A stretch of 64,000 nt of DNA from contig JASGJN010000013.1 in NCBI GenBank assembly GCA_049840735.1, positions 352,001-416,000 on the forward strand, given 5' to 3'. The position numbers and the translations under genes were made by a program. Under the pieces are notes generated by a model, which saw nothing but the letters and a program-made list of their open reading frames with translations, was not told the DNA's origin and ran no database searches. Source of the stretch: Anaeromyxobacter sp. (GTDB lineage Bacteria > Myxococcota > Myxococcia > Myxococcales > Anaeromyxobacteraceae). Below, piece by piece: positions 54,676 through 64,000 of the stretch (within the stretch, counting starts at the first letter, position 1; every line of letters begins with the position of its first letter).

Positions 54676-55556
54676 GCGCCCCCGCCCCGGGCGAGCGCCC
54701 CGAGCGCACCCGCGAGGTGGTCACGCCGGAGGGCGTGCCGCTCCGCTTCGTCGTGGCGGCCGCGGGCGACCGGGTCGGCGCCTTCGCGCTGGACGCGCTG
54801 CTGATCGCGGCGGCCATGCTGGCGCTGGGGCTGCTCATGCTGCTGGCGGCGGCGGCCGGCGCCGAGCTGTCCGCCGACCTGGTCTACGCCATCCTGGTGC
54901 TGGGCTTCTTCCTGGTGCGCATCCCCTACTTCGCCTTCTTCGAGCTGGCCTGGCAGGGGCAGACGCCGGGCAAGCGGAAGGTGGGGATCCGGGTGGTGGA
55001 CGCCGCCGGCGGCTCGCTCACCTCCGAGGCGCTGCTGGTCCGCAACCTGACGCGCGAGGTGGAGGTCTTCCTCCCGCTCACCGCGCTGCTCCTGCCCGGC
55101 CAGGTCATCCCGGGCGCCGCGGGCTTCCTGGTGCTGGGGTCGCTGGTCTGGATGGTGATCTTCGGGTTCCTGCCGCTCTTCAACAAGGATCGGCTGCGGG
55201 TGGGCGACCTGGTGGCGGGCACGCTGGTGATCCGCTCGCCGGTGCCGCGGCTGCTGGAGGACCTCGCGGTGGCGCGGGCCCGCGAGGCCGTCCCCTTCAC
55301 CGACGAGCAGCTGGACGTCTACGGCGTCTACGAGCTGCAGGTGCTGGAGGACGTGCTGCGCAACCGCGACGCGCCCGGCCACCTGGCCGCGGTGCAGACC
55401 GTCTCGATGAAGGTGCGGGCCAAGATCGGCTGGCAGGGCCCTGCGCCGAGCTCGGACGAGGCGTTCCTGGAGGCGTTCTACGCCGCCCTGCGCGGCCGGC
55501 TGGAGCGGCGCCTGCTCTTCGGCAAGCGCCGCGAGTCGAAGCACGATCGGGCCTGA
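54672..55556 (+). CDS. RDD family protein
   Basis: TPEGV, RVGAFALD, GQTPGKR, RVGDLVAGT. Confidence 0.9.
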   Translation: MSAPAPGERPERTREVVTPEGVPLRFVVAAAGDRVGAFALDALLIAAAMLALGLLMLLAAAAGAELSADLVYAILVLGFFLVRIPYFAFFELAWQGQTPGKRKVGIRVVDAAGGSLTSEALLVRNLTREVEVFLPLTALLLPGQVIPGAAGFLVLGSLVWMVIFGFLPLFNKDRLRVGDLVAGTLVIRSPVPRLLEDLAVARAREAVPFTDEQLDVYGVYELQVLEDVLRNRDAPGHLAAVQTVSMKVRAKIGWQGPAPSSDEAFLEAFYAALRGRLERRLLFGKRRESKHDRA

Positions 55557-55577
55557 CGGGACCGGGGCCGAACACGG

Positions 55578-55626
55578 CCGTTCGCCCTGAGCGTAGCGGC
55601 GCGCAGCGCCGCGGAGTCGAAGGGCG
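55578..55626. repeat. REP-like palindromic element
   Basis: CCGTTCGCCCTGAGCGTAGCGGCGCGCAGCGCCGCGGAGTCGAAGGGCG hairpin between convergent genes. Confidence 0.75.
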
Positions 55627-55662
55627 CCCCTCCCCCTGCTTCGCGGCTCCGCGCGGCTGCCC

Positions 55663-56190
55663 CTACAGCTTCACCTGCACCTCGTAGCGGCGGTTCTGGG
55701 CCTTCTTGGCGGCGGTGTCGTCCGGCTTCACCCGCGGGCGCTCGGAGCCCATCCCCACCGCCTTGATCTCGTCCCGCGAGATGCCCTGCTTCACCAGCTC
55801 GCGGACCATCACCTCGGCCCGGTCGCCGGAGAGCTTCTTGTTGTGCGCGGCCGAGCCGGAGCTGTCGGTGTGGCCGGAGACCACGAAGGTGAAGTTCTTC
55901 ACCCCCGCCCCGCTCAGCTTCTTCTTGGCGTCCACCAGGGCCGAGGCCAGGCGCTGCACCTTGGGGCCGCAGCCGGGCTCGAGCACGTCCGAGTCGGACT
56001 TGAAGCTGCACTGGTTCTTGCGGCTCTCCTCGAGCAGCCGCTTGTTGATCTCCTTCTCCAGCACCGAGACGCTCGACTTGCCGGCCACGCCCTTGGCGAC
56101 GTCCCAGGGCGACTCCGGGCGGGCGGCGGCGGGAGCCAGCGCGAGGGCGAGGGCGAGGGCGGCGGGGACCAGGGCGGCGTTCAGGGTCAT
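55663..56190 (-). CDS. OmpA-like peptidoglycan-binding protein
   Basis: Signal peptide; SGHTDSSG, NKKLSGDRA, GMGSERP, NRR. Confidence 0.9.
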   Translation of the reverse strand: MTLNAALVPAALALALALAPAAARPESPWDVAKGVAGKSSVSVLEKEINKRLLEESRKNQCSFKSDSDVLEPGCGPKVQRLASALVDAKKKLSGAGVKNFTFVVSGHTDSSGSAAHNKKLSGDRAEVMVRELVKQGISRDEIKAVGMGSERPRVKPDDTAAKKAQNRRYEVQVKL

Positions 56191-56276
56191 GGAGCTCCTC
56201 CAGGGGGTTCGACCCAGGGTGCACCCTGGGGCCGGGGTGTGCAAGCGCTCAGCGGCAGCCACGTTCGTCGCCGCCG

Positions 56277-57483
56277 TCAAGCCTGGGCCTGGCCCGGCAC
56301 CATGCCCAGCCAGAGCTGGAGGGCCCGGCCGCTCAGCGCGAAGGGCGCCAGCGTGACGCCGTGGCCGTCGCCCTCGGGCCAGCAGAGGAGCACGCGCGCG
56401 TGGAAGGGCGCGGCGCCCTCCTGCTGCGGCAGGAGGTGGACCAGGCTGCCCTCGGCCAGCGGCGCCGGGCCGCGCAGGAAGAGCTGGTTGGGGCCGAAGC
56501 CGGCCACCTCGTAGGCGTGCTCGCCCACCCGGAACCGCAGCCGGTCCCGGGCGCTCCAGCGCGGATCGACGCGCGGCTCGCGCTCCAGCAGCGCGGGCTC
56601 GGGCGGCGGGACCGGGCGCTCGAAGGCGGCCACGAAGGCGGGCAGCGCGCTGATGGCGCGCCCCACCGCCTCGGCGTGCCGCGTCGGAGAGGGCGCGCGC
56701 CGAGGCCGCCGCGGCCGCCAGCTGGGCGCGGTCGAAGAGCGAGGCCACGATGGGATCGACGGCCCGCACCACGTCCACCAGGGCCGGGTGCTCGGCGCCC
56801 TCGCTGGTGGGCGCGTGGTGGAACTGGATGGCGTCGCGGACGGTGCGCGGCAGCGACCACTTCACCGCCAGCACGACGCCCAGCGCCACGTGGTGCCGGT
56901 CCACCACCGCCTCCCAGAACCGGGCCGGCAGCGGGCGCGACGGCCGGCGGGCGCCGGCGGCGATCCGCTCGATGGCGCCGATGGCCACCACCCGGCCGAA
57001 GTCGTGGAGGAGCCCGCAGGTGAAGGCGTCGTCGGCGGGGAGGCCGCGGGCGCGGGCCAGCTCGCGGCAGAGCACCGCCGAGGCCAGCGCGTCCTGCCAG
57101 GTCCGGCGGCGGAGCGGGGCCAGCGGGCCGGCGGCCAGCGCGGCCGCGCCCAGCCCGGAGGCCAGCGCGATCCGCGACAGCCCCTCGGCCCCCACGCGCG
57201 TGAGCGCCTGCGAGATGGAGCTGACCGGGGCGGAGCGGGCGAAGACGGCGGCCTGCGCGGCGCGCAGCAGATCGGCCGACAGCACCTGGTCGGAGGCGAC
57301 CAGCTTGCCCAGCTCGTCCAGGCCGAAGTCGCCGGCCCGGACCAGCTCGGCGATGCGCAGGGCCACGGCCGGATAGGGCGGCAGCTCGAGCGCGCCGCCG
57401 GCGATGGCCTGGGCCATGGCCTCGTCGAGCTCGGCCTCCAGCCCGGCCCCGCGTGCGCTCGCCTCGTCCACCCGTCCCTCCAC
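56277..57483 (-). CDS. HDOD domain protein with PilZ-like C-terminus (frameshift near 56678)
   Basis: LPPYPAVA, DQVLSADLLR, FTCGLLHDFGR, KWSLP; REPRV then beta-rich tail. Confidence 0.8.
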
Positions 57484-57522
57484 CGCCGCGTCCGCCCGCC
57501 GGACCTCCCGCGGTGGCTCGCC

Positions 57523-58339
57523 CTAGCACGCCCGGTGGGCCGGGAGGCCCCGCCCGGCCCGGCGCGGGTCCCAGCCCAAGCTCGGCCAGCCCCACGGCGA
57601 CCTGCTCCCACCAGCGCTCGAACCCGGGCCAGCCCAGCGCCTCGTAGTGGAGTGGGCCAGGGTGGGGCCGCAGCCCCGGCGCGAGCGGCGAGGCCCGCCG
57701 GAACCGCTCCACCTCCACCCCGAAGGCTGCCAGCACCTGCCGCTGGCTGCGGTGGCAGGCCAGCATGCGCTGCTTGGCCGCGCGCTCCGCCGGCGCCAGC
57801 GGGTGGGTCCAGGCGCGGCCCCCGCCGGGCAGGAACGCGTGGGTGACCAGCCGGCCGCCGCGCCGGTGGTAGCAGGCCATCTCGGCCAGCCGCGGCGGCG
57901 CCCGCCCCCGGCGCGCCAGCAGGAGGCCCGCGGCCCGGGCCACCACCGCCGCGGCGTCGTGGTCGGGGTGCCCGCCCTCCAGCGGGTGCGTGAGCAGCAC
58001 GCGCGGCCGGGCCTGGGCGAGCCACGCCGCCAGCGCGCGGGCCAGCGGCGCCACCGCGCCGGCGGCCTCCTGGTCCACCCCGCCCAGCTCCAGCCGGTCG
58101 GCCGGCCCGAGCCCGGCCACCGCCAGCGCGGCCAGCGCCTCGGCGCGGCGCACGGCGGCCGCTTCGTCCCGATCCCCCGGGAGCGCCGGGCGCAGCCCCG
58201 GGTCCCGCGGGGCGCCGTCGGTGAGCTGGACCACCGCCAGGCGCCGGCCGGAGAGGAGGAGGCTGGCGGCGCCGATGACCTCGTCGTCCGGGTGGGCGGC
58301 CAGCAGGGCCAGGTCGAGGGGAGGCGCCACGCCGCTCAC
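57523..58339 (-). CDS. PIG-L/LmbE family deacetylase (probable frameshift near C-terminus)
   Basis: AAHPDDE, LTDG, GGHPDHD, CHRSQ. Confidence 0.85.
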
Positions 58340-58424
58340 GTTGCGCCCGCGGGCGGCGCCGCGCGCGCCGGGCTTTCGCCTGGCGCCCCCCGTGCGCAGC
58401 GTGTAGCGCTCAGGAGGACGACAC

Positions 58425-59027
58425 ATGGCCAATCGGGTCTCCAGCACCACCACCGACCACGACACCATCCGGCAGTGGGCCGAGGCGCGCGGCGGCCAGC
58501 CGGCCCAGGTGGCCAGCACCGCCCGCGGCGGGAAGGCCGGCATCATCCGCATCGACTTCCCGGGCTACAGCGGCGCGGGCAAGCTCGCAGGCCCATCTCC
58601 TGGGACGAGTGGTTCCAGAAGTTCGACGACGCGGAGCTGGCGCTGGTCTACGAGGAGAGCACCGCCGCGGGCGAGCGCTCCAGCTTCAACAAGCTGGTGG
58701 GGCGCGAGAACCGCCAGGGCGCGCGAGCAGGGCGTGAAGGCCAGCCGGCGCACCCTGCGCTCGGGCTCCGGCCGCGCCCGCCCCGCCGCCCGCAGCGGCT
58801 CGGGCCGGCGCGAGGCGTCGCGCGCGGTGGCGGCCCGGACCACCCGCGCCGGGCGGACCAGCCGGACCAGCAGCGCCAAGCGCGGCAGCACCTCACGCGC
58901 CGGCACCAGCGCGCGGGGCCGCAAGAGCGCGGGCCGGAGCGCGTCGTCCGCCGGCGGCCGCAAGGGCGCCAGCCGCAAGAGCACCGGCCGGACCAGCAGC
59001 CGCAAGGGCCGCCGCAGCAAGTCGTGA
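58425..59027 (+). CDS. small conserved-domain protein with long Arg/Ser/Lys-rich tail (two compensating frameshifts near 58588 and 58710)
   Basis: AGGAGG RBS; TTTDHDTIRQWAEARGG, IRIDFPGY, then ISWDEWFQKFD...SSFNKLV in alternate frame. Confidence 0.75.
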   Translation: MANRVSSTTTDHDTIRQWAEARGGQPAQVASTARGGKAGIIRIDFPGYSGAGKLAGPSPGTSGSRSSTTRSWRWSTRRAPPRASAPASTSWWGARTARAREQGVKASRRTLRSGSGRARPAARSGSGRREASRAVAARTTRAGRTSRTSSAKRGSTSRAGTSARGRKSAGRSASSAGGRKGASRKSTGRTSSRKGRRSKS

Positions 59028-59078
59028 GCTGGGGACCTCACTCGCGCCGCAGCCTCTCCCGAGGCGGAGGCCTGCCCC

Positions 59079-59962
59079 TCACCCGTACCGCCGCACCATC
59101 CGCGCGCAGAACCCGGCGAACTCCGCCGGGTCCTGCGGCGGGCTGGTGTGGTGCGGGCGCAGGCCGCGGTGCTCCGGGGTGAAGCAGAAGGTCACCGTCA
59201 CCTGGAACGGCTCCAGCGCCTGCATCTGCCGGTCGAACCAGGCCTCCCAGCCCGGCCGGAACGAGTCCGCCCAGGAGAGGCCGGTCCGCAGCTGGCGCAC
59301 GCCCAGCTCCTTCAGCCAGCGCACGCCGGCCTCGAGGCGCGGGTCCTCGAAGTGGAACCACTGGCAGATGCCCAGCCCGGGCGTGAAGCGCGGGAACTCG
59401 CGCAGCGCCGGCTTGGGAGTGCCGTCCTCGCGGATCAGCCCATGTAGAAGTGCCGGTAGTAGGACGACCCCTCCGCCTCCTGGTGACGGGTGGTGGCCGG
59501 CCAGGCCCGCGGCAGGTCGAAGAGGCTGTACCAGTGGACGCGCGGCGCCCGCCCCAGCACCAGCTCCGCGGTCCGCGCGAGCCCCCAGGCCTGCACCTCC
59601 TCGGCGCCGAAGCTGGAGACGCCCACCTCGCTGATCCAGACCGGCAGCGAGGTGGCGGCGGTGATCTCGGCCAGGCGCGCCGGCCACTCGTGGATCTGCC
59701 AGTGGTTCCAGTCGAGCGGGAAGCCGTGGACCGCCACCGCGTCCACCGCCGCCAGCGCGCCCTGCTGCTCCAGCAGCTTGATGAAGGAGGCGTCGATGGG
59801 CGAGGTGCCGCCCAGCACGCGGGTCAGGCCGGGGCGCTCCGCCTTCACCGCCGCGCCGGCCAGACGCACCAGCTCGGAGAAGCGGACCCAGCCCTGGTCG
59901 AGCTGGAAGTCCCAGTGCGAGAGGTTGTTGGGCTCGTTCCAGAGCATCACCGAGTCGATCAC
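59079..59962 (-). CDS. clan GH-A glycoside hydrolase-like protein (frameshift near 59440)
   Basis: WNEPNN, VHGFP, WISEVG, MGLIREDGTPKPAL. Confidence 0.8.
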
Positions 59963-60723
59963 GGCCGGCCTCCGGCAGGCGCGGCGGGGAAGACCGGAGC
60001 CGCCGCGGGGTCCTGCGCCGAGGCGCGGCACAGGTAGACCTCGGTGTGCGGCAGCGGCGCGGGGGAGAAGCCGGCCGAGCGGAGCATGGCCTCCACGCAG
60101 GGGCGGTTCGGGACCCACCAGTTGGTGGCGTCGTGGGCGTACTGCCGCTCGACGAAGTGGAGCTTGGGCCAGGCCGGGTGGTCGAAGACCTCGCGCTCCT
60201 CGAAGGGATAGTCGGGCGCCGGCGTGAACCGCCCCTGCGAGCCGCGGATCATGCTCTGGAAGACCAGCAGGTCGCGGACCGCGTGCGCGCGCAGGAGGTC
60301 CAGCGCCAGCAGCGGGTGGCGCAGGTGGTAGAGCACGCCCATGAACAGCACCACGTCGAAGGCCTCGCCCAGCGCGGCCACGTCGTAGACCGAGAGCTGC
60401 CGCAGCTCCAGCTCCAGGCCGGCCACCTCCGCCGCCAACCGCGCCTGGGCCAGGTAGCGCGGGTCGGAGTCGATCCCCACCACCCGATCGGCCCCGCGCC
60501 GCTTCAGCTCCAGCGAGAAGAAGCCGGCGTTGCACCCCACGTCCAGCACCGTCCGGCCCCGCAGGTCCTGCGGCAGCGCCGGCGCGATGGCCCGCCAGAC
60601 CATGCCCGGGTAGTCGCCCAGGAAGTGATCGGGCGCGGTCGGCACCCCGCCCAGCTCCATGGCGTGGAACCAGGGGCCCAGCTCCGCCACCCGGCTGGCG
60701 ATCTCCTCTCGCGAAAGGCTCAC
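59959..60723 (-). CDS. SAM-dependent methyltransferase (TIGR04290/CmoB-like)
   Basis: LGPWFH, DHFLGDYP, VLDVGCNAGFFS, FMGVLYHLRHP, TNWWVPN. Confidence 0.85.
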   Translation of the reverse strand: MSLSREEIASRVAELGPWFHAMELGGVPTAPDHFLGDYPGMVWRAIAPALPQDLRGRTVLDVGCNAGFFSLELKRRGADRVVGIDSDPRYLAQARLAAEVAGLELELRQLSVYDVAALGEAFDVVLFMGVLYHLRHPLLALDLLRAHAVRDLLVFQSMIRGSQGRFTPAPDYPFEEREVFDHPAWPKLHFVERQYAHDATNWWVPNRPCVEAMLRSAGFSPAPLPHTEVYLCRASAQDPAAAPVFPAAPAGGRP

Positions 60724-61499
60724 CGCGCCTCCTCCCCCTCGGCGCGCTCGCGCGCGTCGAGCTGGCCGGCGCGCACGGCCTGCTCCCGCAGGAGCCGCAG
60801 CGCCTCGTGGTACCCGTGCAGCGTCCCCACGTCCACGTACGCCTCCCCCGCCCGGACGCCGCTGGCGCTGCCGCCCGCCGCCAGCCAGGCGTCCACCAGC
60901 GTGCCCACGTAGACGTCCTGGCCGCCCCGCGCGGCGTGGAGCGCCTGCCACTCGGCCAGGATGGCCCCCGTGAGCTTGAAGCCGCCCCAGACCCAGCGCG
61001 TGGACGGGTCGGGCACCTTGACCTGGAGGCCGCGCACCTCGCCGCCCGGCCCGGTCTCCACCGCGTCGAACAGCTCGGGGTGCGCCACCGGGAAGAGCAG
61101 GAAGGAGAGGCCCGGCCCCAGCGCGCGGAAGCCGTCCACCGGGAACCAGACCGTGTCCGGCAGCCCCACCAGCACCTCGTCCTGCGGCGCGATGAAGGGG
61201 AGCGCCCGCAGCAGCGCGTCCACCAGCCCGGCCGGCCGCTCCTGCACCACGTAGCAGATGTGCGCCGCGCCCACGCTCCCGCCGTAGTACTCGACGATGT
61301 CCGACTTGCCCGGCGAGATCACGAAGCAGAGCCGGTCCACGCCGGCCCGCAGCATCCGCTCCACCAGGTACTCCGAGACCGCCCGCGGCCGCTCCGTGCC
61401 GTCCACCCAGCGGCTCCCCACCGGCAGGAGCTCCTTGGAGAAGGCCAGCGGCTGGATCCGGCTCCCCGCGCCGGCCGCCGGCACGATGCCCCACCTCAC
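60720..61499 (-). CDS. sugar-phosphate nucleotidyltransferase
   Basis: GIVPAAGAGSRIQPLAFSKELLPV, GLPDT, YVDVGT. Confidence 0.88.
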   Translation of the reverse strand: MRWGIVPAAGAGSRIQPLAFSKELLPVGSRWVDGTERPRAVSEYLVERMLRAGVDRLCFVISPGKSDIVEYYGGSVGAAHICYVVQERPAGLVDALLRALPFIAPQDEVLVGLPDTVWFPVDGFRALGPGLSFLLFPVAHPELFDAVETGPGGEVRGLQVKVPDPSTRWVWGGFKLTGAILAEWQALHAARGGQDVYVGTLVDAWLAAGGSASGVRAGEAYVDVGTLHGYHEALRLLREQAVRAGQLDARERAEGEEAR

Positions 61500-62595
61500 G
61501 CCGCGCCTCCGGCCGCGGGGGCCTCCGCCGCGCCCGCCGAAGCCTGGCAGGCGGTCACCAGCTGCCCGACCCGCGCCGCCGCGGTGTGCTCGGCCAGCGT
61601 CCGCTCGCGGGCGCGGGCGCCCATCCGCGCCAGCGACGCCGGCGACCGGGCCAGCGCCGCCAGGACGTCCTCCGTCGTGCGCGCCACCAGGATCTCCTCG
61701 TCCGGCGTGAAGAACTGCGGGAGGCCCTCGAACCAGTCGGTCAGGACCGGCACGCCGCAGGCGGCCGCCTCGAAGAGGCGCGCCGAGGGGCAGGCGCCCA
61801 GCGCCGCCATCTCCGGCCGCGTCACCGAGAGCGTCAGCGGCGAGGAGCAGAAGAAGGCGGGGTGGAGCGCCGGCTCGAGGTGGCGCACGTAGCGGACGTT
61901 GGCGCGCCAGGGGAAGTCGGCCCCGTACTGCGCGCCGGCCAGCACGAAGGTGCGGTCCGGGCGGCGCGCCGCCGGCGCCAGGAACAGCGCCTCCAGCGCC
62001 GCCTGCCGGGAGGCCGCCCAGGTGCCCAGGTAGGAGAGGTCGCCGGTGAAGGCCACCAGCGGCGCCGCCGGGCGGTGCACCTCCGGATCCACCCAGCCGT
62101 GCAGCGCCTCCACCCGCCGCGCCCCCAGGCGGTCGCGCAGCAGCGCCAGCGCGCCCCCTCCGCTGTAGCTCAGCACGAGGTCGAAGCCCGCCAGCCCCTC
62201 CGGCCCCAGCCACTCGACCGGGCGCCCGCGCTCCAGCCGCTCCAGCGTCGCGCCGGGATCGAGATCGTAGAAGGCCTTCACCTGGGCGCGGGAGGCCAGG
62301 ACCCGCGCGACGGCGGCCGGGCCGTCCGGGCAGAAGGAGGTGACCATGGCCACGTCGGCCCCGCCGAGCGCCCGCTCCACGCGGCCGGCGACCGTCTCCA
62401 GGCCCCGGTGCAGCACCAGCTCGCCGGCGGGCAGCTCGGTGAGATCGCGGTGGGCTGCGTACCACGGCTGGTCGCGCTCGAAGAAGGTGAGCCGGTGGCC
62501 GGCGCGGGCCAGCGCCGTGGCGAGCCCCCGCCACAGCGTGGCGTGGCCGTTCCCCAGGAGGAGCTGACCGCCAGTCCGAAGACGACGAACCGCAT
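61496..62595 (-). CDS. CgeB-family glycosyltransferase (frameshift near 62553)
   Basis: GLAVSSSWGNGHATLWRGL across shift, YDLDP, YLGT, PSARLFEAAACG, EHT. Confidence 0.85.
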
Positions 62596-63007
62596 GTGCC
62601 CCCGCCGCCCGGGACCCGTAGCCCCCCGCCCGCGCGGCGGGCGTCCTGATGGAAGCTAGGTCGGCGGCGGGGGGCGGCGGGAGCCCCGCCCAGGCGGGGG
62701 CGCACCGGGCGTGGAACAGCGCCGCCCCACCGGCCAGGGATCCGGTGGGGCGGCTCGGAGACCACCGCCCCGCCCGCCAGGGATGGGAGGGGCGGCCGGG
62801 GTCCTGCGGCGCGCAGCGCACGGGGAGTCGCTGGCGCGCGTGCCAGGCCAGGATGCGAGCGGCGTGCCGCCCGGTGCGGGCCTCGGACGGCAGGCGGAAC
62901 GCCGGGTTCGGCAGGGCCGCGCGAGCGCCCTGGCTCCGGGGGCGCGCAGGGCGCGCAGGAGGCTGCCGGGGAAGCGGGCAGCGGAGGCCGGGCGCTGGCG
63001 CGGACGC

Positions 63008-64000
63008 TCAGGGGATCAGCCGGAGCAGCTCGGCCCGCAGCGTGGCGCGCGCGGCGTCGTCCGAGGCGACCGCCAGGGCCCGCTCCAGCGCGCCGGCCGC
63101 GTTGCGGCGGAACCCCTTCTCCTCGTACAGCGCCGCCAGCGCCCGCAGCGCGGCCAGGTGGCCCGGGCGCAGATCGGCGGCCCGCTCCAGCGCGGTCATG
63201 GCGCCGAAGGCGTCGCCCCGGGCCCGCAGCGCCCGGCCCAGCTGGTGGTGCGCCTCGGCCGCGTAGGGGTCCGAGCGCACCGCCTCCGCCAGCAGGTCCA
63301 GCGCGCCGGTGACGTCGCCGGCGGCCAAGAGCTCCCGCGCGCGCTTCACCAGCGGCTCGGCCGGCCCCGGCCCCTCCGCCCGCGGCCGCGACGCGCCCAC
63401 CTCGCGCGCGGCGGCCACCCGGCGCACCAGGTCGTCCAGCCGGAACGGCTTCTCGATGTAGTCCACCGCGCCGAACTGCTCGCGGGCGTCCTCGGCGTAG
63501 CGCCAGCCGCGGTAGATGGCGGTCATCATGACCACCGGGATGTGGCGGGTGCGCGGGTTGGACTTGAGCCGCAGGCAGGCCTCGAACCCGTGCAGGCGCG
63601 GGAGCATCGCGTCCAGCACCACCACGTCCGGCCGCAGCGCCTCGGCGCGGGCCACGCCCTCCTCGCCGTCGGCGGCCGTCTCGACCCGCCAGCCGTGGCC
63701 GGTGAGCGCCTTGAGCACCAGCTGGCGGATCTCCGGCTCGTCGTCCACCACCAGCGCCAGCGGCAGGCCCGGGTCGCGGTCCGGCTCCGGCTCGACGTCG
63801 ATCACCACCTCGGCCGGCAGGATCTCGTCCTCGACGATCTCCACCACCTCCAGGCCGTCATCCGGGACGCCGGGCAGGTGCACGGCCAGGTGCGGCTCGG
63901 CCGGCCCGGCGGCGCCGCGCCAGCGGTGCTCGCCGCGGGCGCGCCGGTCGTAGGCGTCGGCCACCACGTGCTCGAGCGCCGCCTTGATGGCCGCGTAGGG
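63008..64000 (-). CDS. response regulator receiver + TPR protein (5' end outside window)
   Basis: VVDDEP, VVLDAMLP, KPF receiver residues; C-terminal TPRs; frame open to window edge. Confidence 0.85.
   Translation of the reverse strand, partial: PYAAIKAALEHVVADAYDRRARGEHRWRGAAGPAEPHLAVHLPGVPDDGLEVVEIVEDEILPAEVVIDVEPEPDRDPGLPLALVVDDEPEIRQLVLKALTGHGWRVETAADGEEGVARAEALRPDVVVLDAMLPRLHGFEACLRLKSNPRTRHIPVVMMTAIYRGWRYAEDAREQFGAVDYIEKPFRLDDLVRRVAAAREVGASRPRAEGPGPAEPLVKRARELLAAGDVTGALDLLAEAVRSDPYAAEAHHQLGRALRARGDAFGAMTALERAADLRPGHLAALRALAALYEEKGFRRNAAGALERALAVASDDAARATLRAELLRLIP

Noticed and set aside
55663..57483. Apparent HDOD-OmpA fusion (likewise deoB-membrane protein 19191-21299)
   Set aside because: Frameshift read-through; OmpA has its own RBS and signal peptide
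59036..59083. CCTCAC...CCTCTCCC-type REP remnant
   Set aside because: Too degenerate; complementary arm incomplete
62854..62869. Sigma54-like CGGCAC-N5-TCGCA on the minus strand upstream of the CgeB cluster
   Set aside because: Two mismatches and about 260 bp from the start; plausible by chance at this GC content

Overview
Very GC-rich, gene-dense bacterial chromosome segment. The gene content (zinc-ribbon/AgmX-like proteins, TPR proteins, FYDLN protein, cydAB, DUF222-like HNH) suggests a myxobacterial, Anaeromyxobacter-like genome; this is inference. It holds about 55 CDS and tRNA-Ala(CGC). Main blocks: cydAB; a PhaR/ParA/phasin-like/ArsA-pair cluster; fadD and metY; a solo HNH nuclease with an unusual repeat-bearing upstream region; deoBC; four MscS-family channels with two cation:proton antiporters; a CBS+HEPN-like protein; ttcA; a heme O synthase-ABC-DUF420 operon; ligD and ku with a coupled HTH-TPR gene; SPFH/NfeD; a DUF4129-DUF4350-MoxR-DUF58-SpoIIM-RDD operon; and a CgeB-type glyco-modification cluster with an apparently circularly permuted clan-A glycoside hydrolase. 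About 15 single-base frameshifts are most likely long-read consensus errors, and several sit at GATC sites. No CRISPR array, rRNA, integrase or transposase was seen. All family calls come from motif recognition by eye, not database searches.
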